Of a stretch of DNA of 64,000 nucleotides, positions 39,380 to 53,349 are shown piece by piece. This stretch comes from Lama glama (taxonomy: Eukaryota): NCBI GenBank assembly GCA_028534125.1, contig CM052817.1:23438001-23502000 (forward strand), in the 5' to 3' direction. The notes under the pieces were generated by a model. The model was not told the origin of the DNA. It worked only from the letters and a program-made list of their open reading frames with translations, and did not search any database. Position 1 is the first letter of the stretch. Every line of letters starts with the position of its first letter. The position numbers and the translations under genes were made by a program.

Positions 39380-41480
39380 ATCAAAGCTCAGATGTTCCCA
39401 CTGATCAAATAATTTTGCTCAAAACCCAAAAGACATGGAAGATGCCATGATCTGGCATGAACTTACGACTGGAAAATAGGAAGAAAAACATTGTTTGAAA
39501 TCTAAACAAAATTCCAAAGAAAAGTCTATCCATAAAATTGATACAGTAAAAGGAAGATAGATTAGGAAATATTGTATAGGCAAATAACATAATATTGGAA
39601 TTAAAACTATAATGGTGTCTGTGAAAAGCAGGACAGATGCAGAGGAAAATTTTAAAAAGAGAATATAAAATTACCCATAAAGAAAGTTGAAAAAATTTCC
39701 TAGAACTGAGAAAAAAAGAATAGAAGTCTTTTGATTTTTAAATGAGAGAAAAAGATGAAGTTTTAAAACTAAATTTAAACTCTAATTATACCATGTGTAT
39801 AGTTGGTTTTAATACTGTCAGTTAATACCCAACAAATTTATTTTAAAAAGTCAAGTATTTGATATATTTTCTTAGATTGCACAGATGATCAATAAAATCT
39901 CAGAATAGAAGTTCCAGAGCAAAGAGAAGGAAACTGCAGATGAAGCTACAAATGTAGCTAAGAGTAAAAAGCTGTCCTGATACATTGTCCAAAATTTGAC
40001 AGTAAGCCATGCATTCAAAATTAATTTTAAGAGAAATACTCTTGAAAATAGATATTCTTGTGTACTGCTATATTGTCTCTGCCATTGGAGATGGAATTCA
40101 ATCATACATAATACATATTTTAAAATGTGCCTTTTAGCTTATGATTTTATTTCTATGAAATGAATCTAAGAACAGAGTCATAAGTATGGAAAAAGACTTA
40201 GGTTCATCTTTGTTCATTGAAGCTTCATGCAGTCACCTTAGGAATTGAACAGTAAAGTTACTAAGCAACTAAGTGTATGTCTGTATAAATACATATTATG
40301 TGTTTATTAAATAACTTTAAAGAATATAATTATACTGAAAGATGTTTAAACAATTATGTTAGATAAAAAGATCACATACAAGCTGGATAATAGTATTAAC
40401 AGTATTTGTTATAGCTGTATTACAGCAATATATCAAAGTAAATCAAAAAATATAATGACTATTGATCAAGTTTTCTCTTGGGCTTGAAATTATGGGAGAT
40501 TTTAATTTTAATGTCATGCTTTTCTATATTTTCATACTTTCCGCAAAGTGCATAAGTAGTCTGGTATTATTACCAAAACTTTATTATTTACATTAATAAT
40601 AGATGTACCTTTTTGAAATTTTCATATATAATTTATAAATAAAATAAAAGAATCTATAAAAATCCAGGAAAGAAAATATTGTTACATATAAAGGACAAAA
40701 ATCTAAGCAACATTATTGACTTTTCTGCAATACCATACTGTAAGAGAAGACGTTAAAAATAGTTGCAAAGTTCTGAAAATAAGTTTGTGATTCCAAAACA
40801 GTGTGTACATAGCCATAGACAGACATTCAGATTTGAGTGATCATAGGAAATGCATCAACTGTGTAACCTTCTTTAATAAATTTGTTGGCTATTAACTGAC
40901 AGTATTAAAACCAGTCATACATATAGTATAATTATAGTTTAAATTTGGTTATAAAAGCAGTTAGAATCTGAAATGTAAAAATATTCAAACAGCATAATTT
41001 ATCACTCTACATAAAATTAACAAAGTCAAGTAGATATATGAAAACCTGAAAATATAGTAAAAGACTCTCATGTTCCTGTAAAGATAATTCTATGACATCT
41101 TTTTGAATAAGGGACATTCGTAAAGTCATCTACTAAATATGCACACATAAGATAAAGCCACTGGAAAAAAAATATTATCCCACAACAATTGACTATTTTT
41201 TATATATGAGAGAAACACTTACAGAATGTAATAGAGAGAAGGCCAATTCACAATAGTAACAAAAGATATGAAGTATTATCTAGATACACTTGACAAAGAA
41301 TGCCAAAAGGCTATATTAAAAACTATTATAATGTCAGAGATTTGCAAAAAATCAACATAAATAGGATAATATTATATATAATAAAGAGGTAAAGTTCTCC
41401 AAATTCACTTATAAATCCAAGGTAATTAATTAATCAAACATTACTAGGAATTTAATTTATTTTAAAATTTGACTAAGGCA
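39380..41480 (+). mobile_element. Mosaic of ancient L1/HAL1 fragments (ORF1-like, 3' end, ORF2 piece)
   Basis: A-rich sense-strand texture. 41240-41430 resembles ORF2 ('attcacaatagtaacaaaa', 'ttctccaaattcacttataaatcca') and 40640-40800 resembles the ORF1 C-terminus. Boundaries uncertain. Confidence 0.5.
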
Positions 41481-41484
41481 TCTG

Positions 41485-42390
41485 AGTGACATAATCAAAA
41501 TAGAAGTCGCTAGCACTCAGCTCCCTGCCGAAACATCAGCTTGACCCACTATCTGCATGTGAAGAAACCTTCACAATAGCCGAGGATGCCGGGTGAGAGC
41601 TGAGAGCACCTGGGAGAAGCACAGAAATAAGAAAAGATGCATACAGGAGGGTAGAACACAGATTTACACTACCCCTTCCTCCAAGAGTGGACAGCCCGGC
41701 ATGAAGACTCCCTCCCTCTAGTGAGCGCTCAACTTCACCTTGGACTCCAGAGGTGATCCATCCTAGTACCAGGCTGACTCCTGCAGTCTTAGGTAGCTCC
41801 CAGTGTGCTCCTGTGAATTCAGGCCCCTGGCTCACCGTGGCTGCCTAATCCAGTGGCCCAAGTAGATCTTATTGGGCTCCCAGCTCATCCCAGTGCGCCT
41901 ACTGCCCCAGAGGCCCCAGGCTGCTCCCACAGCTTCAGAGAGCTTTGAGAGGACAACTATCTAACCATACTTTGGGCTCACCCACCCAGCAGTCTCCCAT
42001 GGCCACTGGTGGCTTCTGTGGCTCCTGGCCTCTTTTCTTTACAACTCCCATTAGGTAGATACTTGATATTATTACACAGCAGGCAAACATATGAAGAGTC
42101 GGAAAGCTAGAGAAGTAGAAAGCCCTATTAGGACCTCAAAAGCAAAGGAAGAACACAGCAATGAGTTCCCTGGAATTTCTCTTCGCCTCACCTACCTCAG
42201 ATGTGAGACTGAAGATGTCAGCAATCTGGAACTATCTAACAGACATAGACAAAAGCATCCCCAAAGAAAAGCCTTCCTTCTAAAGCCAAAGGACCAGGAA
42301 AGGAGCAGCCTACCTAGATAGAAAATAGACAATAACCACTTTATTCCAGCCAATGTCACAGAAAAAATACATAGCTCCATCCCCACTCAT
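41485..42390 (+). mobile_element. Old L1 5'UTR fragments (L1M2-M4-like)
   Basis: GC-richer block starting 'gagtgacataatcaaaatagaag', with motifs recalling L1M 5' ends ('gagttccctgg', 'gccaaaggaccaggaaagg'). Confidence 0.55.
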
Positions 42391-42949
42391 GAAAATGATA
42401 ATAATCTATCAGTGTATTTACAGGGACAAAATAATTTAAAAGCTCTTGATTAAACTCAGACTACCATGACAGGGAGATAGAAGTAAGAGAAAGGCAGCAA
42501 TGTCTACCAAGTTAAGAGAAATATACAAGGAGAATGTTGCCATTAAATCAGCAAATCCATCATCCATCAACAAAATAATACAAAAGGTCATTAAAAGATA
42601 TAATCATAGTAGGTCTCAGACTAAATCTTCTGTTCTACAACAGAGGACCAAAATCCTTACAAGAATTCTGGTCCAAACTGTCGATAGGCTTTTCTGGGGT
42701 TTGTTGAGTAGAAATTTTCTGAATACAGGCCTAGGAGAAAACTGACATCAATTACAACACAACATCACTTCCATAAAAAGAACTATAGAGGCAGTGAGAC
42801 ACAGTAGATGCATATGGTGTGTTTATTTTCAAATTCCCTGTGAAGCGCATGGTGCAAACTGAAACTTTATGAGAATAAAGTGACTATACTTTCATAACAC
42901 TTTGTGCACTCAGACTTCTTTCTTATGCATTATCTGTGTTTCTTAACTG

Positions 42950-43110
42950 CCTTATATATTCTGTAACCCAGGTGCAAGTCTTACATCTTAACGTCCATTT
43001 TATTAATAGAATAATTATGGAAAGCAAGACTCAGAGAAATTTCACGTTTTGATGTTAATCACATGGCTAATAAGAGATGGAACCAAGCTTTTAATCTAGG
43101 CCTTCTAACC
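42950..43110 (-). mobile_element. MIR fragment
   Basis: 'ccatttt...gactcagagaa...cacatggctaataag...ggaaccaag'. Confidence 0.55.
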
Positions 43111-43297
43111 TGAAAAAGCATTCCACTTACCTCCCCTTATACTTACATAAACGTGCTGATATTTTTTCTCTTTCCTGAAACCTAGAAAAATTATCATTGA
43201 GAAAAGATTTGCATTTGGGAATGGAGACTTGGAATAAATCATGTGGGAGGGAAACACATGGCATTATTTCAAATAAAGAATGGTTTAAAAATTAACA

Positions 43298-43822
43298 GTG
43301 TTGTAGGTTAAATATGCCCACAAAGTTTTCTCCCATAATGAAGCAGAATGTATTTCCCCAGAGTGGGCGGCTCTTACTGTGACTCGCTGTGACCACGAGA
43401 TGGTGTCTGAAGAAGTTTGTGTAATTTCAGTATCCAAGACTTAAGAGATCTTGTAGCTTCTGTTCTCTCCAAGCATTACTCCCCGTACAGAGGCTCAGGA
43501 TAGGATCCTCCAGGGTGACAGATGTCACGGAGAGACACTGTGCAGAGAGAGAGGCTCGGCTGTCACAGCTTTGCCAGTGGGAGCTAAGACCCCATCCAAG
43601 TGAGTGAGGCCTTCAGAGATGACGCAGCTTCCACCATCACACCCAGAGACTACAAAACCTGAGTGAGCCCAGCTGACAGGACGTGGAGCAGAAATTACGT
43701 GTCCAGACTGAGTTGTGCCCACACCACCAACCCACAGAATCATCAACTAATTATAGTTATGGCTTTAAACCAAATCACCCCAGTTTGGGGTGATTTATTA
43801 TTCAACATTAGATAACTATGAC
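43298..43822 (+). mobile_element. MLT1G/H-type MaLR LTR
   Basis: 'tgtgactcgctgtgacca', 'cttaagagatcttgtagcttctg', 'gacccacagaatcat'-like motif and 'agtttggggtgattt...atagataact'-like 3' end. Confidence 0.8.
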
Positions 43823-44809
43823 TGAGGGTGAAAGCATTTAGACCAACAAAACAGACCATCATCATCATAGGAGGATGTTAGAAGGATTTATATGAAAAGC
43901 AGGAATAAAATCCATTGTCATTCGAAGATAATTGGATGATTTATTGATGATGAAGCTTCATTATTTCTGAGTGAAGCTGCATTGTGATAAAAGCCGGGCT
44001 GAGTAATGAATTCTGTATGGTGCATAGTGCATAGCATTTATGTATGTAGTATCTTAATAGCCAGTAGGCGCTACTCATGAAAATAATTTGTGGTAAGTGT
44101 GTTACTCTGCTATCTTAGAAGACAACACGAAAAAGGAATTGAATTTTTACAAAAAAGCATATACTAATGAAAGCCACTATTCATACTTCTGGTCTTATGT
44201 GTTGGATTATTATCCATAAATATGCACTTGATCTAATGACTCATATAACTACATATTTTTGTAAATCAGTAGATCAGAAGCCTGCAGTTACCACCTTCAT
44301 CTTCCATTAATAAGCTATTTCATGGTTTCTCAAAATACTAAAAATCACATTTTCAGTTAAAACATTTTAATGTGAAATTTATTTATAAACAATTATAACA
44401 GTCATGTTATCCCAAGATATATCCACATGTCAAATTAAACTTGAACCAATGATTTACTAAAAAATATAGTTGCTCTAATAATGGTTTTTCTCTGTGTGAA
44501 GAGTTTAGAGTTGGAAACCAAAAGTGTCAGCCTTGAGACAAACACAAGGTCCATTCAGGATTGGTTGGTCAATTCTTCAGGAGTATCTGAAGAATCAATC
44601 ACATTGCTTAAAATTCTTTCCCTCTGTATCCAACTAATCTGTCATTTATTAGAGGAAAAAATGTTATAAGGAGAAGATGAAATAATATAAAAATAAATAA
44701 TAAGTAACAAATACAAGAAGTATCAACAAGTCTAGGAAAGCAAATAATAATCAAATGCAATTTATATAACATAAACATCAATAAAAAACTAATAAGGTAG
44801 GAATTGTAC

Positions 44810-44970
44810 TTTTTCATTTCATTTCCTTTTCTTTTCTTCCCTCCACTTCTCTCTACACTTCTTTATTCCCACTCTGATTTTCTTCTTCACTCATTTCTTT
44901 CTTTACTCATTTTCTAATTTCCTCTTTTCCTTCCATTTTTCATTCCTTTCTTTCTCCTTTTTTCTTGTCT
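44810..44970 (+). repeat. Pyrimidine-rich low-complexity tract
   Basis: Directly visible. Confidence 0.8.
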
Positions 44971-46469
44971 GACTGCCTTTTCATAAACAGTGGTGATAAA
45001 GTGGAACCAAATCAGGTTTCAATAAAAGAGCTGAATTGTCAACCATATATTTAGAAGTTTAACTTGAGTAGACCAAACAGTACAGTAAGAATATCACTCA
45101 GGTCACATCCTTAAAGAGGGACAAGTGACCACAGTTCAAATTCCAGTGTAGCCCCAAGAGGATTACCATTTGATTCCATTATTTTGCCAATGGATTCTTG
45201 CCCTCTGATGAAAAAAATTGTTAGTCCATGTCAGATATTCAGTGTGACCACTAAATGAAGAGTCACCATGACTCTTGATCAGAATTCATAGCCAAATAGT
45301 CACCCACTGTAAACACACATTGACGAGAAGAACAATGTGGGTTAACAAATTTTATATTTGTTGATGACATCTGTAATTTGTTGATATTTGAACCAAATCC
45401 CATTTCTCTTTTACACATTTCATTTTTCTCTATTGGCTTGTGGATTTATATGGTTTGATACTTTTACTTGCAGCCATCCATCTCAAATACTATATTCCTT
45501 CCTCTTTATTTCTACAGCCAAGATTTTTGAACACTGGATAGTGATAATGAGTTCCTAAATTTTAATATATATGTGCACAAAACCACCTTATTATACCTTT
45601 TTTCATTATTATACCTTATATTGCAATGTATGTCGTCTATTCTAAGTAAAAATATCCCAAGAATATATGCACTGCAAGATAACAGATGAATGAATATACA
45701 CAATACACATCCAACAACAGTCAATGTATATACCTGGTAAAAAATTACCTGTGACAGAGTGCTACACAATGAACCAGGTTAAATATCCCAAATATTTCCT
45801 GCATTCTCCTGCTTTCCTATGAAAATACAGCAAAGCATTATTACTAGGGAAAAATCAGAGCTGGGAAATGTGTCCGTGGGATAGGCGTGTCTGAGAAAGA
45901 CACAGACAAAACCGTATTTGTCAGGCTTTCTTCTCATGCCCATGGAACTAATATGTAACAACAGAAGCAATAAAGGTAAATTTTGGATATGACTATTTCA
46001 TAAAAGCGATTTTAAAAAATATTTTTATCTTCTGTAAAATTGAGACATATGTACATCTGGTGTCAATTTTAAGTCTTCAGAAAATCTTACATGCCTTACA
46101 ACTTCAAAAAGGATATATGAAGGCATAATGGAATATATCCTGAGGTTTTTTTTTTAATTCTTTACTTATGTGAGACATGACTTAAATTTAAAGTAGCAAA
46201 AAATAAATTTAAAAAATATATTGATATTCACAGTTTCAGTGTTTTCTCTGAACCTTGTGGCTGCCTCTGCACTTAGATGCAACACTGTACAAGGCTGAAG
46301 GATCAGGAATTATAGAGCTGGTGACTGAAACAACCTCTTTTGTTGCATGTTTTGGCCATGCAATGTGTTTCAACCATATAATGAAAACTTTTCTACACTC
46401 ATTACTTCCCCCACAATTCTCTCTCCCTTGCCTTTCCCCAGATTCCTCAGTTTGCTGTTTCATAATAAA

Positions 46470-46600
46470 AGACTTGAGTAATTGTCCCAGGTTTTCTATT
46501 TAGGAGCTCTGTACCCCTGAGTGTCAGTTCTTTAACCTACAAAATGATGATAACATCACCATCAGTTATTGTGAAGAATAAAGTAACATGTAAAACTTAC
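46470..46600 (+). mobile_element. MIR fragment
   Basis: 'ctgagtgtcagttc...acaaaatg...gttattgtgaagaataaa...atgtaaaa'. Confidence 0.6.
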
Positions 46601-46604
46601 CTTA

Positions 46605-46935
46605 AAGTGTATATGAATAAATGTATGTACTGTGAAATGTTTACCACAATAAGGTTAAAGACATCCATCACCTCAGTTAGTGTTTGTGTGTGTGTGTGTG
46701 TGTGTACGGTGAGAACATTAACGATCTACTGTCTTAGCAATTTTCAAGTATATAATGCGTACTTGAAACTATAGTGGCCATGCTATATATTAGATCTCCA
46801 GAACTTACTCATCTTAGAGCTGGAAATTTGTACCTTTTAACCAATATCTCCCCATCACCCCCATCCCACAGCCACTGGCAACCACCATTCTACTCTTGCT
46901 TTCTATGAGTTCAGCTTTTTAAGATTTTATATACT
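46605..46935 (-). mobile_element. L1MA (L1MA9-like) 3' end with (TG)n
   Basis: 'gtgaaatgtttaccacaat', 'gtgagaacatt...tctactgtcttagcaattttcaa', 'tagatctccagaactta' and 'ggcaaccaccattctact'. Confidence 0.88.
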
Positions 46936-48674
46936 CCAGCAAATGTTTATTAATAAATAAAATGATATTCTTGGTTGGAGAAACCAGTTCAATGAAATTT
47001 CATTTTCTTTCATTATTGAAAATAGTAACTCCCTTATTTGGAATAATTAAATCAGCATCAAATTACTTCACACTTAAAAATGTGTCATCCTTTTAATCTC
47101 CATACAAAGCTAAATGCAATTTGAAATACTGATACATCCCCCAATCTGGATTCAAGGATGGTTGACAAAGTTTAGGAAACACAAACTTTGTCTTCTTTCC
47201 AATTTTACTTTGCCCCTGCTCTGCTTGCTTTTTTGTTAACAAAAGATGCATATGAAACACATCACAGTAGGTACGTGATACACTTTTTGACATTAAAAAT
47301 GAAACTCTGTGAATCATTAATTAAAATCAACAATATCAAACGTCTCTCTAGCTTTCTTGTTGCACTTGCTTTCTTTTCAATTTCCCTTTTTAAAATATAT
47401 CAATATAAGTAAAGTATGAATAATTATGAATAAATAATAATCATTTTAATATTAATGATCATTTCTCTATATTCAGCAATTAAAGGAGATATGCCATGTT
47501 CCTCAAGCCTCTTAATAGTACATACTGACAAATTACAGGGGTGCTTTGATGAACAAAAGTATCCAAAGATGCTAACTGTAACAAATTATAGCACTGTTCT
47601 TAAAAAAAATTTAAAGGAACTTCAGCTACTGTTTAATATTCATTTAAAAGGTAAAATGTTCACTTTTGGAAATTTGACAAGACAGCTAAGCTATTCTTGG
47701 TTTTAAATTACTTGGACCCCATTTTCCTTCTTATTCTAATAAGCTGATGTCAAAATATGTAAAAACAGCATAGACATTAATGCTAATAATTGGTTCCTCG
47801 AATCGGTGATGAAGAAAGATTTGAATTTGTATTCAGCCACAATCTTAACAGAACACTATTATTTTGGATTTGTTTGTTTGTTAGTAGAGCTAATTTCAGA
47901 AGATAGCCTGATGTACTTATACTGGTATAGATTCATCAGGAAAGATAATGGCCAACCTACCACCATCTCCTTAAGTATAAACAGTATAGTCATAGTAGAT
48001 GCTTACCAAGATTCTAGGCACTTTTGAGCTATTTTAAGCAAAGAGTACTATCTTATGACTCAGATGGAAGACTCCTGAAAAGTAGCATTTTCTCATTACT
48101 CAGAATTCTTAGAGACATTTTCTTAAATGAATTGTATTAATTAGAGTCACTGCATTATTAGGTTCAAGGGCAGACAAAAATGTGTATTGTTTTATTTCCT
48201 GCACATTTTCATTCACAAAAGATTCTTCTTTATTTAAAAATAAAGTCTTAATAATTTTGAAAGGACATAGAAATTGGACATTTGTGCAAGAATAAATGAG
48301 AAAAGCAGATTTTGGTGCCACACATGTTTATGCATAAATTGCATGAAGTTACCCCTTGTCAAACATTTTTTTTCCCTGGGACCAGCATCTCTTGCTTAAG
48401 TGAAGTAAGGGTATTTATATGTTGTTGTTGCTTTTTTGTTTTGTGTTTTTTTTTTTAAGACAGTAAAATCTATCATGAGCTCAAAATGAACCAATATAAC
48501 TTGTAAATTATTTCAGCTGTAAGAGAAGAAACTCCTCTCTTACTCTCACCTGCATTTAAAATAACCAACAGAGCTAATAGAATAATTAATAGAGAAATAA
48601 CGAATAGAACAGCACAATTCTGCTGGTACCAGAAGAAAAAGCTCTGTAAATCCCATGCAATGGTCAACATGTAC

Positions 48675-48870
48675 TACTTACTTATCATTAGGGCAAAGGT
48701 GCACTGCTTTCTCTAGTGCTCAGAGCCATCTCCTGAGAAGTGGTTATATCTTCGTTGTTAAAGTAAAATTATTGAAGTTCATTCAGGTGCATTGTGCAGG
48801 TTGCTCAGCAAGCAGGAGAAAAAAGAGAATTCAAACCCAAACCTGCTGATTTCTCAACTCTATGTTAGCT
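48675..48870 (-). mobile_element. MIR fragment
   Basis: Degenerate antisense MIR ending 'gaattcaaaccca...ctgatttc'. Confidence 0.5.
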
Positions 48871-49066
48871 TTCATGTCCCTAATATGAATAAGAGAATAG
48901 GTGTGATGAGTATAAATTTCTGAAGAGGATCAAGCATCTTAGGAAAGATGATTTAACATCTGAGGCAGACGAATGGGGGATTGAGAGACGCTCAAAATAT
49001 GGGACTTTCAGAATCGCAACAGTGCCAGCTGACCAATGACATTTCTGATGCATTCATTCCAAAATA

Positions 49067-49069
49067 TTC

Positions 49070-49109
<40 letters not shown>
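49067..49109 (+). repeat. (CT)n/(CTCTGT)n microsatellite
   Basis: Directly visible. Confidence 0.9.
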
Positions 49110-49110
<1 letters not shown>

Positions 49111-49329
49111 AAACTCCCTCAGCTTTGGCTGCTCTGAATCTTTTTTGTTTTAATGATACCATAAAAAGTCTCCAAGCGTATGTGGTCATGTGCACGAAAT
49201 AGACTCCATTTTTAGTGTCTTCTGGCCAGGGTCAATATAGCCTCCACTAACAGACCAGTTGGGCTCATACTGACCCATATTTCTCTTGAAGACTGTGCAG
49301 CGGAGCCACGGTAGTGTCACGGCAGGATC

Positions 49330-49500
49330 GTGGATCTGCTCTCCCTTGTTCTGATTGAACCTGACTTTCCTTAAATCTGCCAAGCATCAGTTTTACCACC
49401 TTCAAATATGTTATGACACTGTTTCAAAGGATTGTTGCAAGAATTGAAGATAATATTCACTAAACAAATAGCTCATAAGCTAAGTTTAATAAAATGTTCA
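49330..49500 (+). mobile_element. MIR fragment
   Basis: 'catcagtttt...aagggattgttgcaagaattgaagataat...aataaaatgtt'. Confidence 0.55.
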
Positions 49501-50534
49501 AGAAATTTCCATGTTCAGTCCAGCTTTTTCCTATTTGTCCACCATTCTTTCCAAGGACTGTCATTTTTTTTTTGAGCCATAATTCAGGATAATGTCAAAA
49601 ACACTAGATTTTTTGCTGAAAGACAGACCTCTTGCCGTGGTGACAATATGTCATGTTTCTTTTATGTACAGCGTGCCCACTTTATTCATATTCTCTGTCT
49701 TTGGGAGACCCACGGGCACATTAAAATCATTGATTCTTTTCTTTAGAATTAGTTGTAATGTGTTTCATTGTGTCCCTCAGTGTTATAATGCACAAATAAC
49801 TTTATAGTATATGTGCACATCTCTAGAACTCCTTAAGTCCACCACATTCAGAGAATGAGTAGGGTTCAAAAATAGCTTACGGTCATTTCCCAAAGCTCAT
49901 TTCCCAAAACCATGGTATTGTGCATTCATTGACAAAATTGAAATTACATATTTCATTTCTTATTAGATAATGACTCCTTTGTTTTTCTTTCTTCTCCAGC
50001 ATCCATTCTGTTAGAAGAAATCTTGTCTTGCCTGGTACTTTCACAGTTAAAGCTGATGCATTCGGTACAGACTGTCCAAGTCATTTTGTCTTTACTTACA
50101 AAGGAAACCTACTGGGTGATGGAACGATGCTTTATAACACTAACAGTGCACTTCATTTGTAGTTATTAAACACTCAGCAGGCTCCTCACTACACTGACAT
50201 TTGTTCCCCAGTCAAGACTCCTGTTTGACATGGTCCCACTGTGTAAGGTGCCATTTACTGAAAATGAGAATTCAGCTTGGATAATTAATAAATGTCACGA
50301 TGCTCTCAAACAAACACATAACTTGATATATGAGAAATAAAATGCACAATCCGAGGACAAACAACACAACTTTCTTGTTTGGCTTGTTAAAGTTTATAAA
50401 TGCTTAAGTGGACATCTGGCCCTGTCTTTTTCTCAGGACAAGAAGCTGCTCTGAAAAATCCCCAAAGGATGGTGAGATGGTATGAGTTTGGGCTAGCATA
50501 CCAAGGGACAGGAACTTACAGGTTACTAGGTTAT

Positions 50535-50650
50535 GAATTTTACACTAATATGAAGCTCTACCTCTGACACACTGTGTGCCTTTGGACATGTTATTTGATC
50601 TCTGTAAGTCTCTAGTCTCAAAATCTGTAAAATAGGTATAGAAATGCATC
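50535..50650 (+). mobile_element. MIR fragment
   Basis: 'ctgtgtgcctttggacatgttattt...ctctgtaagtctc...atctgtaaaata'. Confidence 0.7.
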
Positions 50651-50651
50651 T

Positions 50652-51010
50652 AGTCCTTCCCAAAGTGTAGCTAGCAAACCAACGGTGGAGCAAGAGATTA
50701 TTTTAGAAGACATATTAATCACCTTAAATTTTCATATTTGTTTTATATTAATCAGGATTAGGAAACAATATGACTAGCCAAACCGTACCCATTCTGTCAA
50801 GGGTAATAATTTTCAACAGGAGGCTAAAGTTAGTAGGAAAAAAAAAAGTAGGGTAAAGTAAGTAGGCTAAAGTAACTAAGTAAAGTAAGTAGGAAGTTTA
50901 TGTGAACTTTTAAAAAATGTACTAAGTAAATAATAGTAGAGGTGATCTATGGAAATGGAAAATTCACTGCATTTGTACATGGCAATTTATTAGGAAGCTT
51001 TTGAAAACTT
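50652..51010. mobile_element. Possible hAT-Charlie (MER113-like) element
   Basis: Begins 'agtccttcccaaagtgt', typical of hAT TIRs. Internal similarity recalled only loosely. Confidence 0.4.
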
Positions 51011-51429
51011 TCTGGCATAAAAAAAATTGTTATTGTTGCTGTGCGTGGTGGTGGTGATAGTAGTGAAATAGTAGGAATAGGACATTGAGGGGAAGTCTGC
51101 TTCCAGTTATTGGTTTTGTTTCTGATTTTTGTTTTGTTTTCTTTCTACCCACTTATTCCTTGCAGAAGATTCAAAATAATCCTACAATATCATAACAAAA
51201 AATAAAGAAGCTACATTTTACACATTAAATTCTTTCATGTTTGATGACTATCATTGCCACCCACACCTACAACTCCAAGCTACTGACCACACACAGCTGC
51301 CAAGCTATCCTGTCCAAGAGGCTCAATGGACAGTTAACTCCCAGGGCTAAAGCAACTCAAGAGAAAGGCTAAAATTCTAAATGATATGCTTCATATATAA
51401 AAACTTTTTAGTCCAAAAGAGTTTTTTTT

Positions 51430-51570
51430 TTGTCACCTATCATTTCATTTGATTTTTACAATGGTAATAGAGGAAGACAGGTAATAATATGCCCATTTCT
51501 AACAAATGAGAAAAATGAGACCGGGTGGACTTAAATGCATTACCAAAATTTACACAAGTTGTACTGGAAA
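51430..51570 (-). mobile_element. MIR fragment
   Basis: 'gcccatttctaacaaatgagaaaaatgagac'. Confidence 0.6.
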
Positions 51571-52619
51571 AAGAATTCTCTCTCATTTTAAGGGAAAAGT
51601 AATGTTAGAGTTTTATTTGTAATAAAACCTAGAAAAAAGTTGAAAAATAACTTAGAAAGATTTTATATTTTTACAGCAATTTTTTCCTTAAGTTTAATTT
51701 CTTTGTCAAAAAACAAAATTTTATTTTGAAGATAAATATATTTTTATAAGTGGACAACAGTCTGTGATACAAATACAGTTAGAGTCTGAAAGTAATTTTT
51801 TTTCAGGAGTAATGAAACAAAGCAATTAGAGCACTGAATCTTAGATTTCACAGGATTCTTAGAGAACTTATAGACCCATACTTCAAATTACATTAGCAAA
51901 TACTAATAATTATTTAATTATTATTGAATTAATTAAATTGCATAAAATTAGGTGCATCCTGAGGAAATAGTGTTTGCAGATTTGCCCCTTTGCTACCCAG
52001 TCAGCCTGAGATCTTTACGCGCATGAACAAATAGCTGTCATTAGTATACCTCACTTTTCCCCAAGGAAGAGGCAGAGATAGTTTGGTTGAATTAGCTGAG
52101 AGTCCAAAACATTAATTCAAGTATCTAAACATTGATTCTTCATGGATAAGTAATTCCTCACGTTATGCTATGGCATTGATCTGAGTGATGGTCCCTTGTT
52201 TAACCTAATTAATTCCTCCTATCCCACCTTTACACCTGTTGCTTGAGGAACATTCAGAGGAGGGCCCCAAGACTTTCCATTTTTGAAGATTATCCAGTTT
52301 TTGTATGTTTGCATTTTACATATCTATATATACATATTTAAGTTTAAGTTTCACTACTTCATCTACCCTGCAAACATGTTCACCTTTTGTGATAATATCT
52401 TTAGGTGATTTTCTTCAACACATAAAGCCAGGAAGATCTTCCTTTTGAGGCTAGGATCTTGAAGTTGCATTCACCTTCTCCATTTTCAAAACTGAATATC
52501 ATTAAGTATTTGAAGAACCTTAGGCAGATGACATCAGTCCATCCTCCTTTAAGCAAGAATGGAACTAAATTATTAAATACAAAATTTTAGCTTCAAAAGG
52601 ACACAATTACAATAAGAAC

Positions 52620-52800
52620 TACATTTATTGTGAGCTACAATGTGCTAGGTACTACTCTAAGAACTTCACATAACTTAACATAACATCAATAAATAAGTAC
52701 TCTCATGATCTACATTTTATTGATATGGTTACATGATTCAGTTGAATAAATATAGTACAATATGGTTAAATGATTTACTTAATATTTCATACTTGTTGAG
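52620..52800 (-). mobile_element. MIR fragment
   Basis: 'acatttattgtgagctacaatgtgctaggtactactctaag...cattttattgat'. Confidence 0.65.
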
Positions 52801-52810
52801 TGCTAAGTTA

Positions 52811-53321
52811 TCATAGGCAGAATTACTACCTGCAGATACGTATGTTCTAGTCCCTGGATCCCGTAAACAAATGTTACACAGGTGACAAGGGGGAGACTTG
52901 ATTTCATACGGAATTGATGGGGCTAATAGGCTGACTTTAAGATAGGGAGAAGATCCTGGGTTATTCAGGGGGACTCAATATAATCACAAGGATCCTTAAA
53001 AGCAGCAGGAGGCAGAAGAAAAGTCAGTGTCAGAGTGATGCCACGTGAGAAGGAATTAACAAGCCATTCCTAGTTTAGAAGATGGAAGATGGCCATGAGC
53101 CAAGGCATGCAGGCAGCTTCTAGAAGCTGGAAAAAACACAAATATGGATTTTCCCCTCTAGCCTCCAGGAGCAATGTTGCCCTGCTAGGACATTGATTTT
53201 AACCCATGGAGACCCATGCCAGACATCTGATCTCTAGAACTGTATGATAATAAATTTGTGTTGTTTTAAGCCACTAAAATTGTGATAATTTGATATAGCA
53301 GGAATAGAAAGCTACCATGCC
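52811..53321 (+). mobile_element. MLT1D-type MaLR LTR
   Basis: 'aatcacaaggatccttaaaag', 'gagccaaggcatgcaggcagcttctagaagctgga' and 'aataaatttgtgttgttttaagccacta'. Confidence 0.9.
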
Positions 53322-53349
53322 GGTTAAGAACTGCATTTATTTATACTGT

